DNA of 64,000 bases from Balanoglossus misakiensis (Eukaryota > Animalia > Hemichordata): the NCBI GenBank assembly GCA_040954595.2, contig CM082594.2, forward strand, positions 12,044,985 through 12,108,984. The letters run 5' to 3'. Each line of letters opens with the position of its first letter. Within the stretch, counting starts at the first letter, position 1. The notes beneath the pieces are model-generated. The model searched no databases, was not told the DNA's origin, and saw only the letters and a program-made list of their open reading frames with translations. The translations under genes were made by a program, and so were the position numbers. Shown piece after piece: positions 36,383-48,900 of this stretch.

Positions 36383-39300
36383 GGATTCACAGGAAGTCGC
36401 CATCAACTTGGCCCAGATTCACCGCGCCGTTACCACAGGAAATCGCCGGCAACTTGGCCCAGATTCACCGCGCCGTTACGACAGGAAGTCGCCGGCAACT
36501 TGGCCCAGATTCACCGCGCCGTTACCACCGGAAGTCGCCGGCAACTTGGCCCAGATTCTTGCGCCGTTACGACCGGAAGTCGCCGGCAACTTGGCCCAGA
36601 TTCACAGCGCCGTTACGACCGGAAGTCGCCGCAACTTGGCCCGGATTCACAGGAAGTCTCCGGCAACTTGGCCCAGATTCTTGCGCCGTTACGACCGGAA
36701 GTCGCCGGCAACTTGGCCCAGATTCACCGCGCCGTTACCACCGGAAGTCGCCGGCAACTTGGCCCAGAATCACCGCGCCGTTACCACCGGAAGTCGCCGG
36801 CAACTTGGCCCTGATTTACCGCACCGTTACGACCGGAAGTCGCCGCAACTTGGCCCGGAGTCACAGGAAGTCTCCGGCAACTTGGCCCAGATTCTTGCGC
36901 CGTTACGACCGGAAGTCGCCGGCAACTTGGCCCAGATTCACCGCGCTGTTACGACCGGAAGTCGCCGGCAACTTGGCCCAGATTCACCGTGCCGTTACGA
37001 CCGGAAGTCGCCGCAACTTGGCCCGGATTCACTGCGCCGTTCCGACCGGAAGTCGCCGGCAACTTGGCCAAGATTCACCTCGCCGTTACGACAGGAAGTC
37101 GCCGGCAACTTGGCCCAGATTCACCGCGCCGTTACGACCGGAAGTCGCCGGCAACTTGGCCCAGATTCACGCCGTTACGACCGGCAGTCGCCATCAACTT
37201 GGCCCAGATTCACCGCGCCATTACCACAGGAAGTCGCCGGCAACTTGGCCCAGATTCACCGCGCCGTTACGACAGGAAGTCGCCGGCAACTTGGCCCAGA
37301 TTCACCGCGCCGTTACCACCGGAAGTCGCCGGCAACTTGGCCCAGATTCTTGCGCCGTTACGACCGGAAGTCGCCGGCAACTTGGCCCAGATTCACAGCG
37401 CCGTTACGACCGGAAGTCGCCGCAACTTGGCCCGGATTCACAGGAAGTCTCCGGCAACTTGGCCCAGATTCTTGCGCCGTTACGACCGGAAGTCGCCGGC
37501 AACTTGGCCCAGATTCACCGCGCCGTTACCACCGGAAGTCGTTGGCAACTTGGCCCAGAATCACCGCGCCGTTACCACCGGAAGTCGCCGGCAACTTGGC
37601 CCTGATTTACCGCACCATTACGACCGGAAGTCGCCGCAACTTGGACCGGATTCACAGGAAGTCTCCGGCAACTTGGCCCAGATTATTGCGCCGTTACGAC
37701 CGGAAGTCGCCGGCAACTTGGCCCAGATTCACCGCGCCGTTACGACCGGAAGTCGCCGGCAACTTGGCCCAGATTCACCGTGCCGTTACGACCGGAAGTC
37801 GCCGGCAACTTGGCCTGGATTAACAGGAAGTCTCCGGCAACTTGGCCCAGATTCTTGCGCCGTTACGACCGGAAGTTGCCGGCAACTAGGCCCAGATTCA
37901 CCGCGCCGTTACGACAGGAAGTCGCCGGCAATTTGGCCCGGATTCACAGGAAGTCTCCGGCAACTTGGCCCAGATTCACCGCGCCGTTACGACCGGAAGT
38001 CGCCGGCAACTTGGCCTGGATTCACCACGCCGTTACGACCGGAAGTCGCCGCAACTTGGCCCGGATTCACTGCGCCGTTCCGACCGGAAGTCGCCGGCAA
38101 CTTGGCCAAGATTCACCTCGCCGTTACGACCGGAAGTCGCCGGCAACTTGGCCCAGATTCACCGCGCCGTTACGACCGGAAGTCGCCGGCAACTTGGCCC
38201 AGATTCACGCCGTTACGACCGGAAGTCGCCAGCAACTTGGCCCAGATTCACGCCGTTACGACCGGAAGTCGCCATCAACTTGGCCCAGATTCACCGCGCC
38301 GTTACCACAGGAAGTCGCCGGCAACTTGGCCCAGATTCACCGCGCCGTTACGACAGGAAGTCGCCGGCAACTTGGCCCAGATTCACCACGCCTTTACGAC
38401 CGGAAGTCGCCGCAACTTGGCCCGGATTCACAGCGCCGTTCCGACCGGAAGTCGCCGGCAACTTGGCCAAGATTCACCTCGCCGTTACGACCGGAAGTCG
38501 CCATCAACTTGGCCCAGATTCACCGCGCCGTTACCACAGGAAGTCGCCGGCAACTTGGCCCAGATTCTTGCGCCGTTACGACCGGAAGTCGCCGGCAACT
38601 TGGCCCAGATTCACCGCGCCGTTACCACCGGAAGTCGCCGGCAACTTGGCCCTGATTCACCGCGCTGTTACGACCGGAAGTCGCCGCAACTTGGCCCGGA
38701 TTCACAGGAAGTCTCCGGCAACTTGGCCCAGATTCTTGCGCCGTTACGACCGGAAGTCGCCGGCAACTTGGCCCAGATTCACCGCGCCGTTACCAACGGA
38801 AGTCGCCGGCAACTTGGCCCTGATTCACCGCGCCGTTACGACCGGAAGTTGCCGCAACTTGGCCCGGATTCACAGCGCCGTTACCACCAGAAGTCGCCGG
38901 CAACTTGGCCCAGATTCTTGCGCCGTTACCACCGGAAGTCGCCGGCAACTTGGCCCAGATTCACCGCGCCGTTACGACCGGAAGTCGCCGGCAACTTGGC
39001 CCAGATTCACCGTGCCGTTACGACCGGAAGTCGCCGGCAACTTGGCCTGGATTCACAGGAAGTCTCCGGCAACTTGGCCCAGATTCTTGCGCCGTTACGA
39101 CCGGAAGTTGCCGGCAACTAGGCCCAGATTCACCGCGCCGCTACGACCGGAAGTCGCCGGCAACTTGGCCCGGATTCACAGGAAGTCTCCGGCAACTTGG
39201 CCCAAATTCACCGCGCCGTTACGACCGGAAGTCGCCGGCAACTTGGCCTGGATTCACCACGCCGTTACGACCGGAAGTCGCCGCAACTTGGCCCGGATTC

Positions 39301-42300
39301 ACTGCGCCGTTCCGACCGGAAGTCGCCGGCAACTTGGCCAAGATTCACCTCGCCGTTACGACAGGAAGTCGCCGGCAACTTGGCCCAGATTCACCGCGCC
39401 GTTACGACCGGAAGTCGCCGGCAACTTGGCCCAGATTCACGCCGTTACGACCGGAAGTCGCCATCAACTTGGCCCAGATTCACCGCGCCGTTATGACAGG
39501 AAGTCGCCGGCAACTTGGCCCAGATTCACCGCGCCGTTACCACCGGAAGTCGCCGGCAACTTGGCCCAGATTCTTGCGCCGTTACGACCGGAAGTCGCCG
39601 GCAACTTGGCCCAGATTCACAGCGCCGTTACCACCGGAAGTCGCCGCAACTTGGCCCGGATTCACAGGAAGTCTCCGGCAACTTGGCCCAGATTCTTGCG
39701 CCGTTACGACCGGAAGTCGCCGGCAACTTGGCCCTGATTTACCGCACCGTTACGACCGGAAGTCGCCGCAACTTGGCCCGGATTCACAGGAAGTCTCCGA
39801 CAACTTGGCCCAGATTATTGCGCCGTTACGACCGGAAGTCGCCGGCAACTTGGCCCAGATTCACCGCGCCGTTACGACCGGAAGTTGCCGGCAACTTGGC
39901 CCAGATTCACCGTGCCGTTACCACCGGAAGTCGCCGGCAACTTTGCCTGGATTCACAGGAAGTCTCCGGCAACTTGGCCCAGATTCTTGCGCCGTTACGA
40001 CCGGAAGTTGCCGGCAACTAGGCCCAGATTCACCGCGCCGTTACGACCGGAAGTCGCCGGCAACTTGGCCCGGATTCACAGGAAGTCTCCGGCAACTTGG
40101 CCCAGATTCACCGCGACGTTACGACCGGAAGTCACCGGCAACTTGGCCCAGATTCACCACGCCTTTACGACCGGAAGTCGCCGCAACTTGGCCCGGATTC
40201 ACAGCGCCGTTCCGACCGGAAGTCGCCGGCAACTTGGCCAAGATTCACCTCGCCGTTACGACCGGAAGTCGCCATCAACTTGGCCCAGATTCACCGCGCC
40301 GTTACCACAGGAAGTCGCCGGCAACTTGGCCCAGATTCACCGCGCCGTTACGACAGGAAGTCGCCGGCAACTTGGCCCAGATTCACCGCGCCGTTACCAC
40401 CGGAAGTCGCCGGCAACTTGGCCCTGATTCACCGCGCCGTTACGACCGGAAGTCGCCGCAACTTGGCCCGGATTCACAGGAAGTCCCCGGCAACTTGGCC
40501 CAGATTCTTGCGCCGTTACGACCGGAAGTCGCCGGCAACTTGGCCCAGATTCACCGCGCCGTTACCACCGGAAGTCGCCGGCAACTTGGCCCAGATTCAC
40601 CGTGCCGTTACGACCGGAAGTCGCCGGCAACTTGGCCTGGATTCACAGGAAGTCTCCGGCAACTTGGCCCAGATTCTTGCGCTGTTACGACCGGAAGTTG
40701 CCGGCAACTAGGCCCAGATTCACCGCGCCGTTACGACCGGAAGTCGCCGGCAACTTGGCCCGGAATCACAGGAAGTCTCCGGCAACTTGGCCCAGATTAA
40801 CCGCGCCGTTACGACCGGAAGTCGCCGGCAACTTGGCCTGGATTCACCACGCCGTTACGACCGGAAGTCGCCGCAACTTGGCCCAGATTCACGCCGTTAC
40901 GACCGGAAGTCGCCGGCAACTTGGCCAAGATTCACCTCGCCGTTACGACAGGAAGTCGCCGGCAACATGGCCTGGATTCACCACGCCGTTACGACCGGAA
41001 GTCGCCGCAACTTGGCCCAGATTCACGCCGTTACGACCGGAAGTCGCCATCAACTTGGCCCAGATTCACCGCGCCGTTACCACAGGAAGTCGCCGGCAAC
41101 TTGGTCCAGATTCACCGCGCCGTTACGACAGGAAGTCGCCGGCAACTTGGCCCAGATTCACCACGCCTTTACGACCGGAAGTCGCCGCAACTTGGCCCGG
41201 ATTCACAGCGCCGTTCCGACCGGAAGTCGCCGGCAACTAGGCCAAGATTCACCTCGCCGTTACGACCGGAAGTCGCCATCAACTTGGCCCAGATTCACCG
41301 CGCCGTTACCACAGGAAGTCGCCGGCAACTTGGCCCAGATTCACCGCGCCGTTACGACAGGAAGTCGCCGGCAACTTGGCCAAGATTCACCGCGCCGTTA
41401 CCACCGGAAGTCGCCGGCAACTTGGCCCTGATTCACCGCGCCGTTACGACCGGAAGTCGCCGCAACTTGGCCCGGATTCACAGGAAGTCGCCGGCAACTT
41501 GGCCCAGATTCTTGCGCCGTTACGACCGGAAGTCGCCGGCAACTTGGCCCAGATTCACCGCGCCGTTACCACCAGAAGTCGCCGGCAACTTGGCCCTGAT
41601 TCACCGCGCCGTTACGACCGGAAGTCGCCGGCAACTTGGCCCAGATTCACCGTGCCGTTACGACCGGAAGTCGCCGGCAACTTGGCCTGGATTCACAGGA
41701 AGTCTCCGGCAACTTGGCCCAGATTCTTGCGCCGTTACGACCGGAAGTTGCCGGCAACTAGGCCCAGATTCACCGCGCCGTTACGACCGGAAGTCGCCGG
41801 CAACTTGGCCCGGAATCACAGGAAGTCTCCGGCAACTTGGCCCATATTCACCGCGCCGTTACGACCGGAAGTCGCCGGCAACTTGGCCTGGATTCACCAC
41901 GCCGTTACGACCGGAAGTCGCCGCAACTTGGCCCGGATTCACGCCGTTACGACCGGAAGTCGCCGGCAACTTGGCCAAGATTCACCTCGCCGTTACGACA
42001 GGAAGTCGCCGGCAACTTGGCCCAGATTCACTGCGCCGTTACGACCGGAAGTCACCGGCAACTTGGCCCAGATTCACGCCGTTACGACCGGAAGTCGCCA
42101 TCAACTTGGCGCAGATTCACCGCGCCGTTACCACAGGAAGTCGCCGGCAACTTGGCCCAGATTCACTGCGCCGTTACGACAGGAAGTCGCCGGCAACTTG
42201 GCCCAGATTCACCACGCCTTTACGACCGGAAGTCGCCGCAACTTGGCCCGGATTCACAGCGCCGTTCCGACCGGAAGTCGCAGGCAACTTGGCCAAGATT

Positions 42301-45300
42301 CACCTCGCCGTTACGACCGGAAGTCGCCATCAACTTGGCCCAGATTCACCGCGCCGTTACCACAGGAAGTCGCCGGCAACTTGGCCCAGATTCACCGCGC
42401 CGTTACGACAGGAAGTCGCCGGCAACTTGGCCCAGATTCACCGCGCCGTTACCACCGGAAGTCGCCGGCAACTTGGCCCTGATTCACCGCGCCGTTACGA
42501 CCGGAAGTCGCCGCAACTTGGCCCGGATTCACAGGAAGTCCCCGGCAACTTGGCCCAGATTCTTGCGCCGTTACGACCGGAAGTCGCCGGCAACTTGGCC
42601 CAGATTCACCGCGCCGTTACGACATGAAGTCGCCGGCAACTTGGCCCAGATTCACCACGCCTTTACGACCGGAAGTCGCCGCAACTTGGCCCGGATTCAC
42701 AGCGCCGTTCCGACCGGAAGTCGCCGGCAACTTGGCCAAGATTCACCTCGCCGTTACGACCGGAAGTCGCCATCAACTTGGCCCAGATTCACCGCGCCGT
42801 TACCACAGGAAGTCGCCGGCAACTTGGCCCAGATTCACCGCGCCGTTACGACAGGAAGTCGCCGGCAACTTGGCCCAGATTCACCGCGCCGTTACCACCG
42901 GAAGTCGCCGGCAACTTGGCCCTGATTCACCGCGCCGTTACGACCGGAAGTCGCCGCAACTTGGCCCAGATTCACCGCGCCGTTACCACCGGAAGTCGCC
43001 GGCAACTTGGCCCTGATTCACCGCGCCGTTACGACCGGAAGTTGCCGCAACTTGGCCCGGATTCAAAGGAAGTCTCCGGCAACTTGGCCCAGATTCACCG
43101 CACCGTTACCACCGGAAGTCGCCGGCAACTTGGCCCTGATTCACCGCGCTGTTACGACCGGAAGTCGCCGGCAACTTGGCCCAGATTCACCGCGCCGTTA
43201 CCACCGGAAGTCGCCGGCAACTTGGCCCTGATTCACCGCGCCGTTACGACCGGAAGTCGCCGCAACTTTGCCCGGATTCACAGGAAGTCCCCGGCAACTT
43301 GGCCCAGATTCACCACGCCTTTACGACCGGAAGTCGCCGCAACTTGGCCCGGATTCACAGCGCCGTTCCGACCGGAAGTCGCCGGCAACTTGGCCAAGAT
43401 TCACCTCGCCGTTACGACCGGAAGTCGCCATCAACTTGGCCCAGATTCACCGCGCCGTTACCACCGGAAGTCGCCGGCAACTTGGCCCTGATTCACCGCG
43501 CTGTTACGACCGGAAGTCGCCGCAACTTGGCCCGGATTCACAGGAAGTCCCCGGCAACTTGGCCCAGATTCTTGCGCCGTTACGACCGGAAGTCGCCGGC
43601 AACTTGGCCCAGATTCACCGCGCCGTTACCACCGGAAGTCGCCGGCAACTTGGCCCTGATTCACCGCGCTGTTACGACCGGAAGTCGCCGCAACTTGGCC
43701 CGGATTCACAGGAAGTCTCCGGCAACTTGGCCCAGATTCTTGCGCCGTTACGACCGGAAGTCGCCGGCAACTTGGCCCAGATTCACCGCGCCGTTACCAA
43801 CGGAAGTCGCCGGCAACTTGGCCCTGATTCACCGCGCCGTTACGACCGGAAGTTGCCGTAACTTGGCCCGGATTCACAGCGCCGTTACCACCAGAAGTCG
43901 CCGGCAACTTGGCCCAGATTCTTGCGCCGTTACCACCGGAAGTCGCCGGCAACTTGGCCCAGATTCACCGCGCCGTTACGACCGGAAGTCGCCGGCAACT
44001 TGGCCCAGATTCACCGTGCCGTTACGACCGGAAGTCGCCGGCAACTTGGCCTGGATTCACAGGAAGTCTCCGGCAACTTGGCCCAGATTCTTGCGCCGTT
44101 ACGACCGGAAGTTGCCGGCAACTAGGCCCAGATTCACCGCGCCGCTACGACCGGAAGTCGCCGGCAACTTGGCCCGGATTCACAGGAAGTCTCCGGCAAC
44201 TTGGCCCAAATTCACCGCGCCGTTACGACCGGAAGTCGCCGGCAACTTGGCCTGGATTCACCACGCCGTTACGACCGGAAGTCGCCGCAACTTGGCCCGG
44301 ATTCACTGCGCCGTTCCGACCGGAAGTCGCCGGCAACTTGGCCAAGATTCACCTCGCCGTTACGACAGGAAGTCGCCGGCAACTTGGCCCAGATTCACCG
44401 CGCCGTTACGACCGGAAGTCGCCGGCAACTTGGCCCAGATTCACGCCGTTACGACCGGAAGTCGCCATCAACTTGGCCCAGATTCACCGCGCCGTTACCA
44501 CAGGAAGTCGCCGGCAATTTGGCCCAGATTCACCGCGCCGTTACGACAGGAAGTCGCCGGCAACTTGGCCCAGATTCACCGCGCCGTTACCACCGGAAGT
44601 CGCCGGCAACTTGGCCCAGATTCTTGCGCCGTTACGACCGGAAGTCGCCGGCAACTTGGCCCAGATTCACAGCGCCGTTACCACCGGAAGTCGCCGCAAC
44701 TTGGCCCGGATTCACAGGAAGTCTCCGGCAACTTGGCCCAGATTCTTGCGCCGTTACGACCGGAAGTCGCCGGCAACTTGGCCCAGATTCACCGCGCCGT
44801 TACCACCGGAAGTCGCCGGCAACTTGGCCCAGAATCACCGCGCCGTTACCACCGGAAGTCGCCGGCAACTTGGCCCTGATTTACCGCACCGTTACGACCG
44901 GAAGTCGCCGCAACTTGGCCCGGATTCACAGGAAGTCTCCGACAACTTGGCCCAGATTATTGCGCCGTTACGACCGGAAGTCGCCGGCAACTTGGCCCAG
45001 ATTCACCGCGCCGTTACGACCGGAAGTTGCCGGCAACTTGGCCCAGATTCACCGTGCCGTTACCACCGGAAGTCGCCGGCAACTTTGCCTGGATTCACAG
45101 GAAGTCTCCGGCAACTTGGCCCAGATTCTTGCGCCGTTACGACCGGAAGTTGCCGGCAACTAGGCCCAGATTCACCGCGCCGTTACGACCGGAAGTCGCC
45201 GGCAACTTGGCCCGGATTCACAGGAAGTCTCCGGCAACTTGGCCCAGATTCACCGCGACGTTACGACCGGAAGTCGCCGGCAACTTGGCCCAGATTCACC

Positions 45301-45960
45301 ACGCCTTTACGACCGGAAGTCGCCGCAACTTGGCCCGGATTCACAGCGCCGTTCCGACCGGAAGTCGCCGGCAACTTGGCCAAGATTCACCTCGCCGTTA
45401 CGACCGGAAGTCGCCATCAACTTGGCCCAGATTCACCGCGCCGTTACCACAGGAAGTCGCCGGCAACTTGGCCCAGATTCACCGCGCCGTTACGACAGGA
45501 AGTCGCCGGCAACTTGGCCCAGATTCACCGCGCCGTTACCACCGGAAGTCGCCGGCAACTTGGCCCTGATTCACCGCGCCGTTACGACCGGAAGTCGCCG
45601 CAACTTGGCCCGGATTCACAGGAAGTCCCCGGCAACTTGGCCCAGATTCTTGCGCCGTTACGACCGGAAGTCGCCGGCAACTTGGCCCAGATTCACCGCG
45701 CCGTTACCACCGGAAGTCGCCGGCAACTTGGCCCTGATTCACCGCGCCGTTACGACCGGAAGTCACCGGCAACTTGGCCCAGATTCACCGTGCCGTTACG
45801 ACCGGAAGTCGCCGGCAACTTGGCCTGGATTCACAGGAAGTCTCCGGCAACTTGGCCCAGATTCTTGCGCTGTTACGACCGGAAGTTGCCGGCAACTAGG
45901 CCCAGATTCACCGCGCCGTTACGACCGGAAGTCGCCGGCAACTTGGCCCGGATTCACCAC
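36383..45960 (+). repeat. Satellite B: 46-bp unit GGAAGTCGCCGGCAACTTGGCCCAGATTCACCGCGCCGTTACGACC with 45/43/31-32-bp variants, ~9.6 kb
   Basis: Period of 46 bp measured between 36484 and 36530; recurring variant combinations indicate higher-order structure. Confidence 0.97.
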
Positions 45961-48900
45961 GCCAACCAGATACCCAACCCCTTCGACCGCCAGGCTAGGG
46001 CCGGAAGTGGAGGAGGCCAGCCAGATACCCAACCCCTTCGACCGCCAGGCTAGGGCCGGAAGTGGTGGAGGCCAGCCTGATACCCAACCCCTTCGACCGC
46101 CAGGCTAGGGCCGGAAGTGGAGGAGGCCATCCTGATACCCAACCCCTTCGACCGCCAGGCTAGGGCCGGAAGTGGTGGAGGCCAGCCAGATACCCAACCC
46201 CTTCGACCGCCAGGCTAGGGCCGGAAGTGGTGGAGGCCAGCCTGATACCCAACCCCTTCGACCGCCAGGCTAGGGCCGGAAGTGGAGGAGGCCAGCCTGA
46301 TACCCAACCCCTTCGACCGCCAGGCTAGGGCCGGAAGTGGTGGAGGCCAGCCAGATACCCAACCCCTTCGACCGCCAGGCTAGGGCCGGAAGTGGTGGAG
46401 GCCAGCCAGATACCCAACCCCTTCGACCGCCAGGCTAGGGCCGGAAGTGGTGGAGGCCAGCCAGATACCCAACCCCTTCGACCGCCAGGCTAGGGCCGGA
46501 AGTGGAGGAGGCCAGCCTGATACCCAACCCCTTCGACCGCCAGGCTAGGGCCGGAAGTGGAGGAGGCCAGCCTGATACCCAACCCCTTCGACCGCCAGGC
46601 TAGGGCCGGAAGTGGAGGAGGCCAGCCAGATACCCAACCCCTTCGACCGCCAGGCTAGGGCCGGAAGTGGTGGAGGCCAGCCAGATACCCAACCCCTTCG
46701 ACCGCCAGGCTAGGGCCGGAAGTGGTGGAGGCCAGCCAGATACCCAACCCCTTCGACCGCCAGGCTAGGGCCGGAAGTGGTGGAGGCCAGCCAGATACCC
46801 AACCCCTTCGACCGCCAGGCTAGGGCCGGAAGTGGTGGAGGCCAGCCAGATACCCAACCCCTTCGACCGCCAGGCTAGGGCCGGAAGTGGTGGAGGCCAG
46901 CCAGATACCCAACCCCTTCGACCGCCAGGCTAGGGCCGGAAGTGGAGGAGGCCAGCCTGATACCCAACCCCTTCGACCGCCAGGCTAGGGCCGGAAGTGG
47001 TGGAGGCCAGCCAGATACCCAACCCCTTCGACCGCCAGGCTAGGGCCGGAAGTGGTGGAGGCCAGCCAGATACCCAACCCCTTCGACCGCCAGGCTAGGG
47101 CCGGAAGTGGTGGAGGCCAGCCTGATACCCAACCCCTTCGGCCGCCAGGCTAGGGCCGGAAGTGGAGGAGGCCAGCCAGATACCCAACCCCTTCGGCCGC
47201 CAGGCTAGGGCCGGAAGTGGTGGAGGCCAGCCAGATACCCAACCCCTTCGGCCGCCAGGCTAGGGCCGGAAGTGGTGGAGGCCAGCCAGATACCCAACCC
47301 CTTCGGCCGCCAGGCTAGGGCCGGAAGTGGTGGAGGCCAGCCAGATACCCAACCCCTTCGGCCGCCAGGCTAGGGCCGGAAGTGGTGGAGGCCAGCCAGA
47401 TACCCAACCCCTTCGGCCGCCAGGCTAGGGCCGGAAGTGGTGGAGGCCAGCCAGATACCCAACCCCTTCGACCGCCAGGCTAGGGCCGGAAGTGGTGGAG
47501 GCCAGCCAGATACCCAACCCCTTCGACCGCCAGGCTAGGGCCGGAAGTGGTGGAGGCCAGCCAGATACCCAACCCCTTCGACCGCCAGGCTAGGGCCGGA
47601 AGTGGTGGGGGCCAGCCAGATACCCAACCCCTTCGACCGCCAGGCTAGGGCCGGAAGTGGTGGGGGCCAGCCAGATACCCAACCCCTTCGACCGCCAGGC
47701 TAGGGCCGGAAGTGGTGGGGGCCAGCCAGATACCCAACCCCTTCGACCGCCAGGCTAGGGCCGGAAGTGGTGGGGGCCAGCCAGATACCCAACCCCTTCG
47801 ACCGCCAGGCTAGGGCCGGAAGTGGAGGGGGCCAGCCAGATACCCAACCCCTTCGACCGCCAGGCTAGGGCCGGAAGTGGAGGGGGCCAGCCAGATACCC
47901 AACCCCTTCGACCGCCAGGCTAGGGCCGGAAGTGGAGGGGGCCAGCCAGATACCCAACCCCTTCGACCGCCAGGCTAGGGCCGGAAGTGGAGGGGGCCAG
48001 CCAGATACCCAACCCCTTCGACCGCCAGGCTAGGGCCGGAAGTGGAGGAGGCCAGCCAGATACCCAACCCCTTCGACCGCCAGGCTAGGGCCGGAAGTGG
48101 AGGAGGCCAGCCAGATACCCAACCCCTTCGACCGCCAGGCTAGGGCCCGGAAGTGGTGGAGGCCAGCCAGATACCCAACCCCTTCGACCGCCAGGCTAGG
48201 GCCGGAAGTGGTGGAGGCCAGCCTGATACCCAACCCCTTCGACCGCCAGGCTAGGGCCGAAGTGGTGGAGGCCAGCCTGATACCCAACCCCTTCGACCGC
48301 CAGGCTAGGGCCGGAAGTGGTGGAGGCCAGCCAGATACCCAACCCCTTCGACCGCCAGGCTAGGGCCGGAAGTGGTGGAGGCCAGCCTGATACCCAACCC
48401 CTTCGACCGCCAGGCTAGGGCCGGAAGTGGAGGAGGCCATCCTGATACCCAACCCCTTCGACCGCCAGGCTAGGGCCGGAAGTGGTTGAGGCCAGCCAGA
48501 TACCCAACCCCTTCGACCGCCAGGCTAGGGCCGGAAGTGGTGGAGGCCAGCCTGATACCCAACCCCTTTCGACCGCCAGGCTAGGGCCGGAAGTGGAGGA
48601 GGCCAGCCTGATACCCAACCCCTTCGACCGCCAGGCTAGGGCCGGAAGTGGTGGAGGCCAGCCTGATACCCAACCCCTTCGACCGCCAGGCTAGGGCCGG
48701 AAGTGGAGGAGGCCAGCCTGATACCCAACCCCTTCGACCGCCAGGCTAGGGCCGGAAGTGGAGGAGGCCAGCCAGATACCCAACCCCTTCGACCGCCAGG
48801 CTAGGGCCGGAAGTGGTGGAGGCCAGCCAGATACCCAACCCCTTCGACCGCCAGGCTAGGGCCGGAAGTGGAGGAGGCCAGCCTGATACCCAACCCCTTC

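Noticed and set aside
33907-37605. Very long Pro/Ser/Cys-rich ORFs (up to 1226 aa) resembling extensin or keratin-associated proteins
   Set aside because: The 21-bp unit has no stop codon in any frame, so all six frames are open. Frame-shifting half-unit slips occur and there are no splice or signal features.
36383-45960. CRISPR-like array (palindromic repeat with variable intervening sequence)
   Set aside because: The intervening segments are near-identical variants rather than unique spacers, there are no cas genes, and the context is eukaryotic with introns.
36078-46108. Many overlapping 200-700 aa ORFs (PEVAGNLAQIHRAVTTGSRRQLGPDS...)
   Set aside because: Translation of the 46-bp satellite cycling through all three frames; unit lengths of 46/45/43/32 show no frame preservation.
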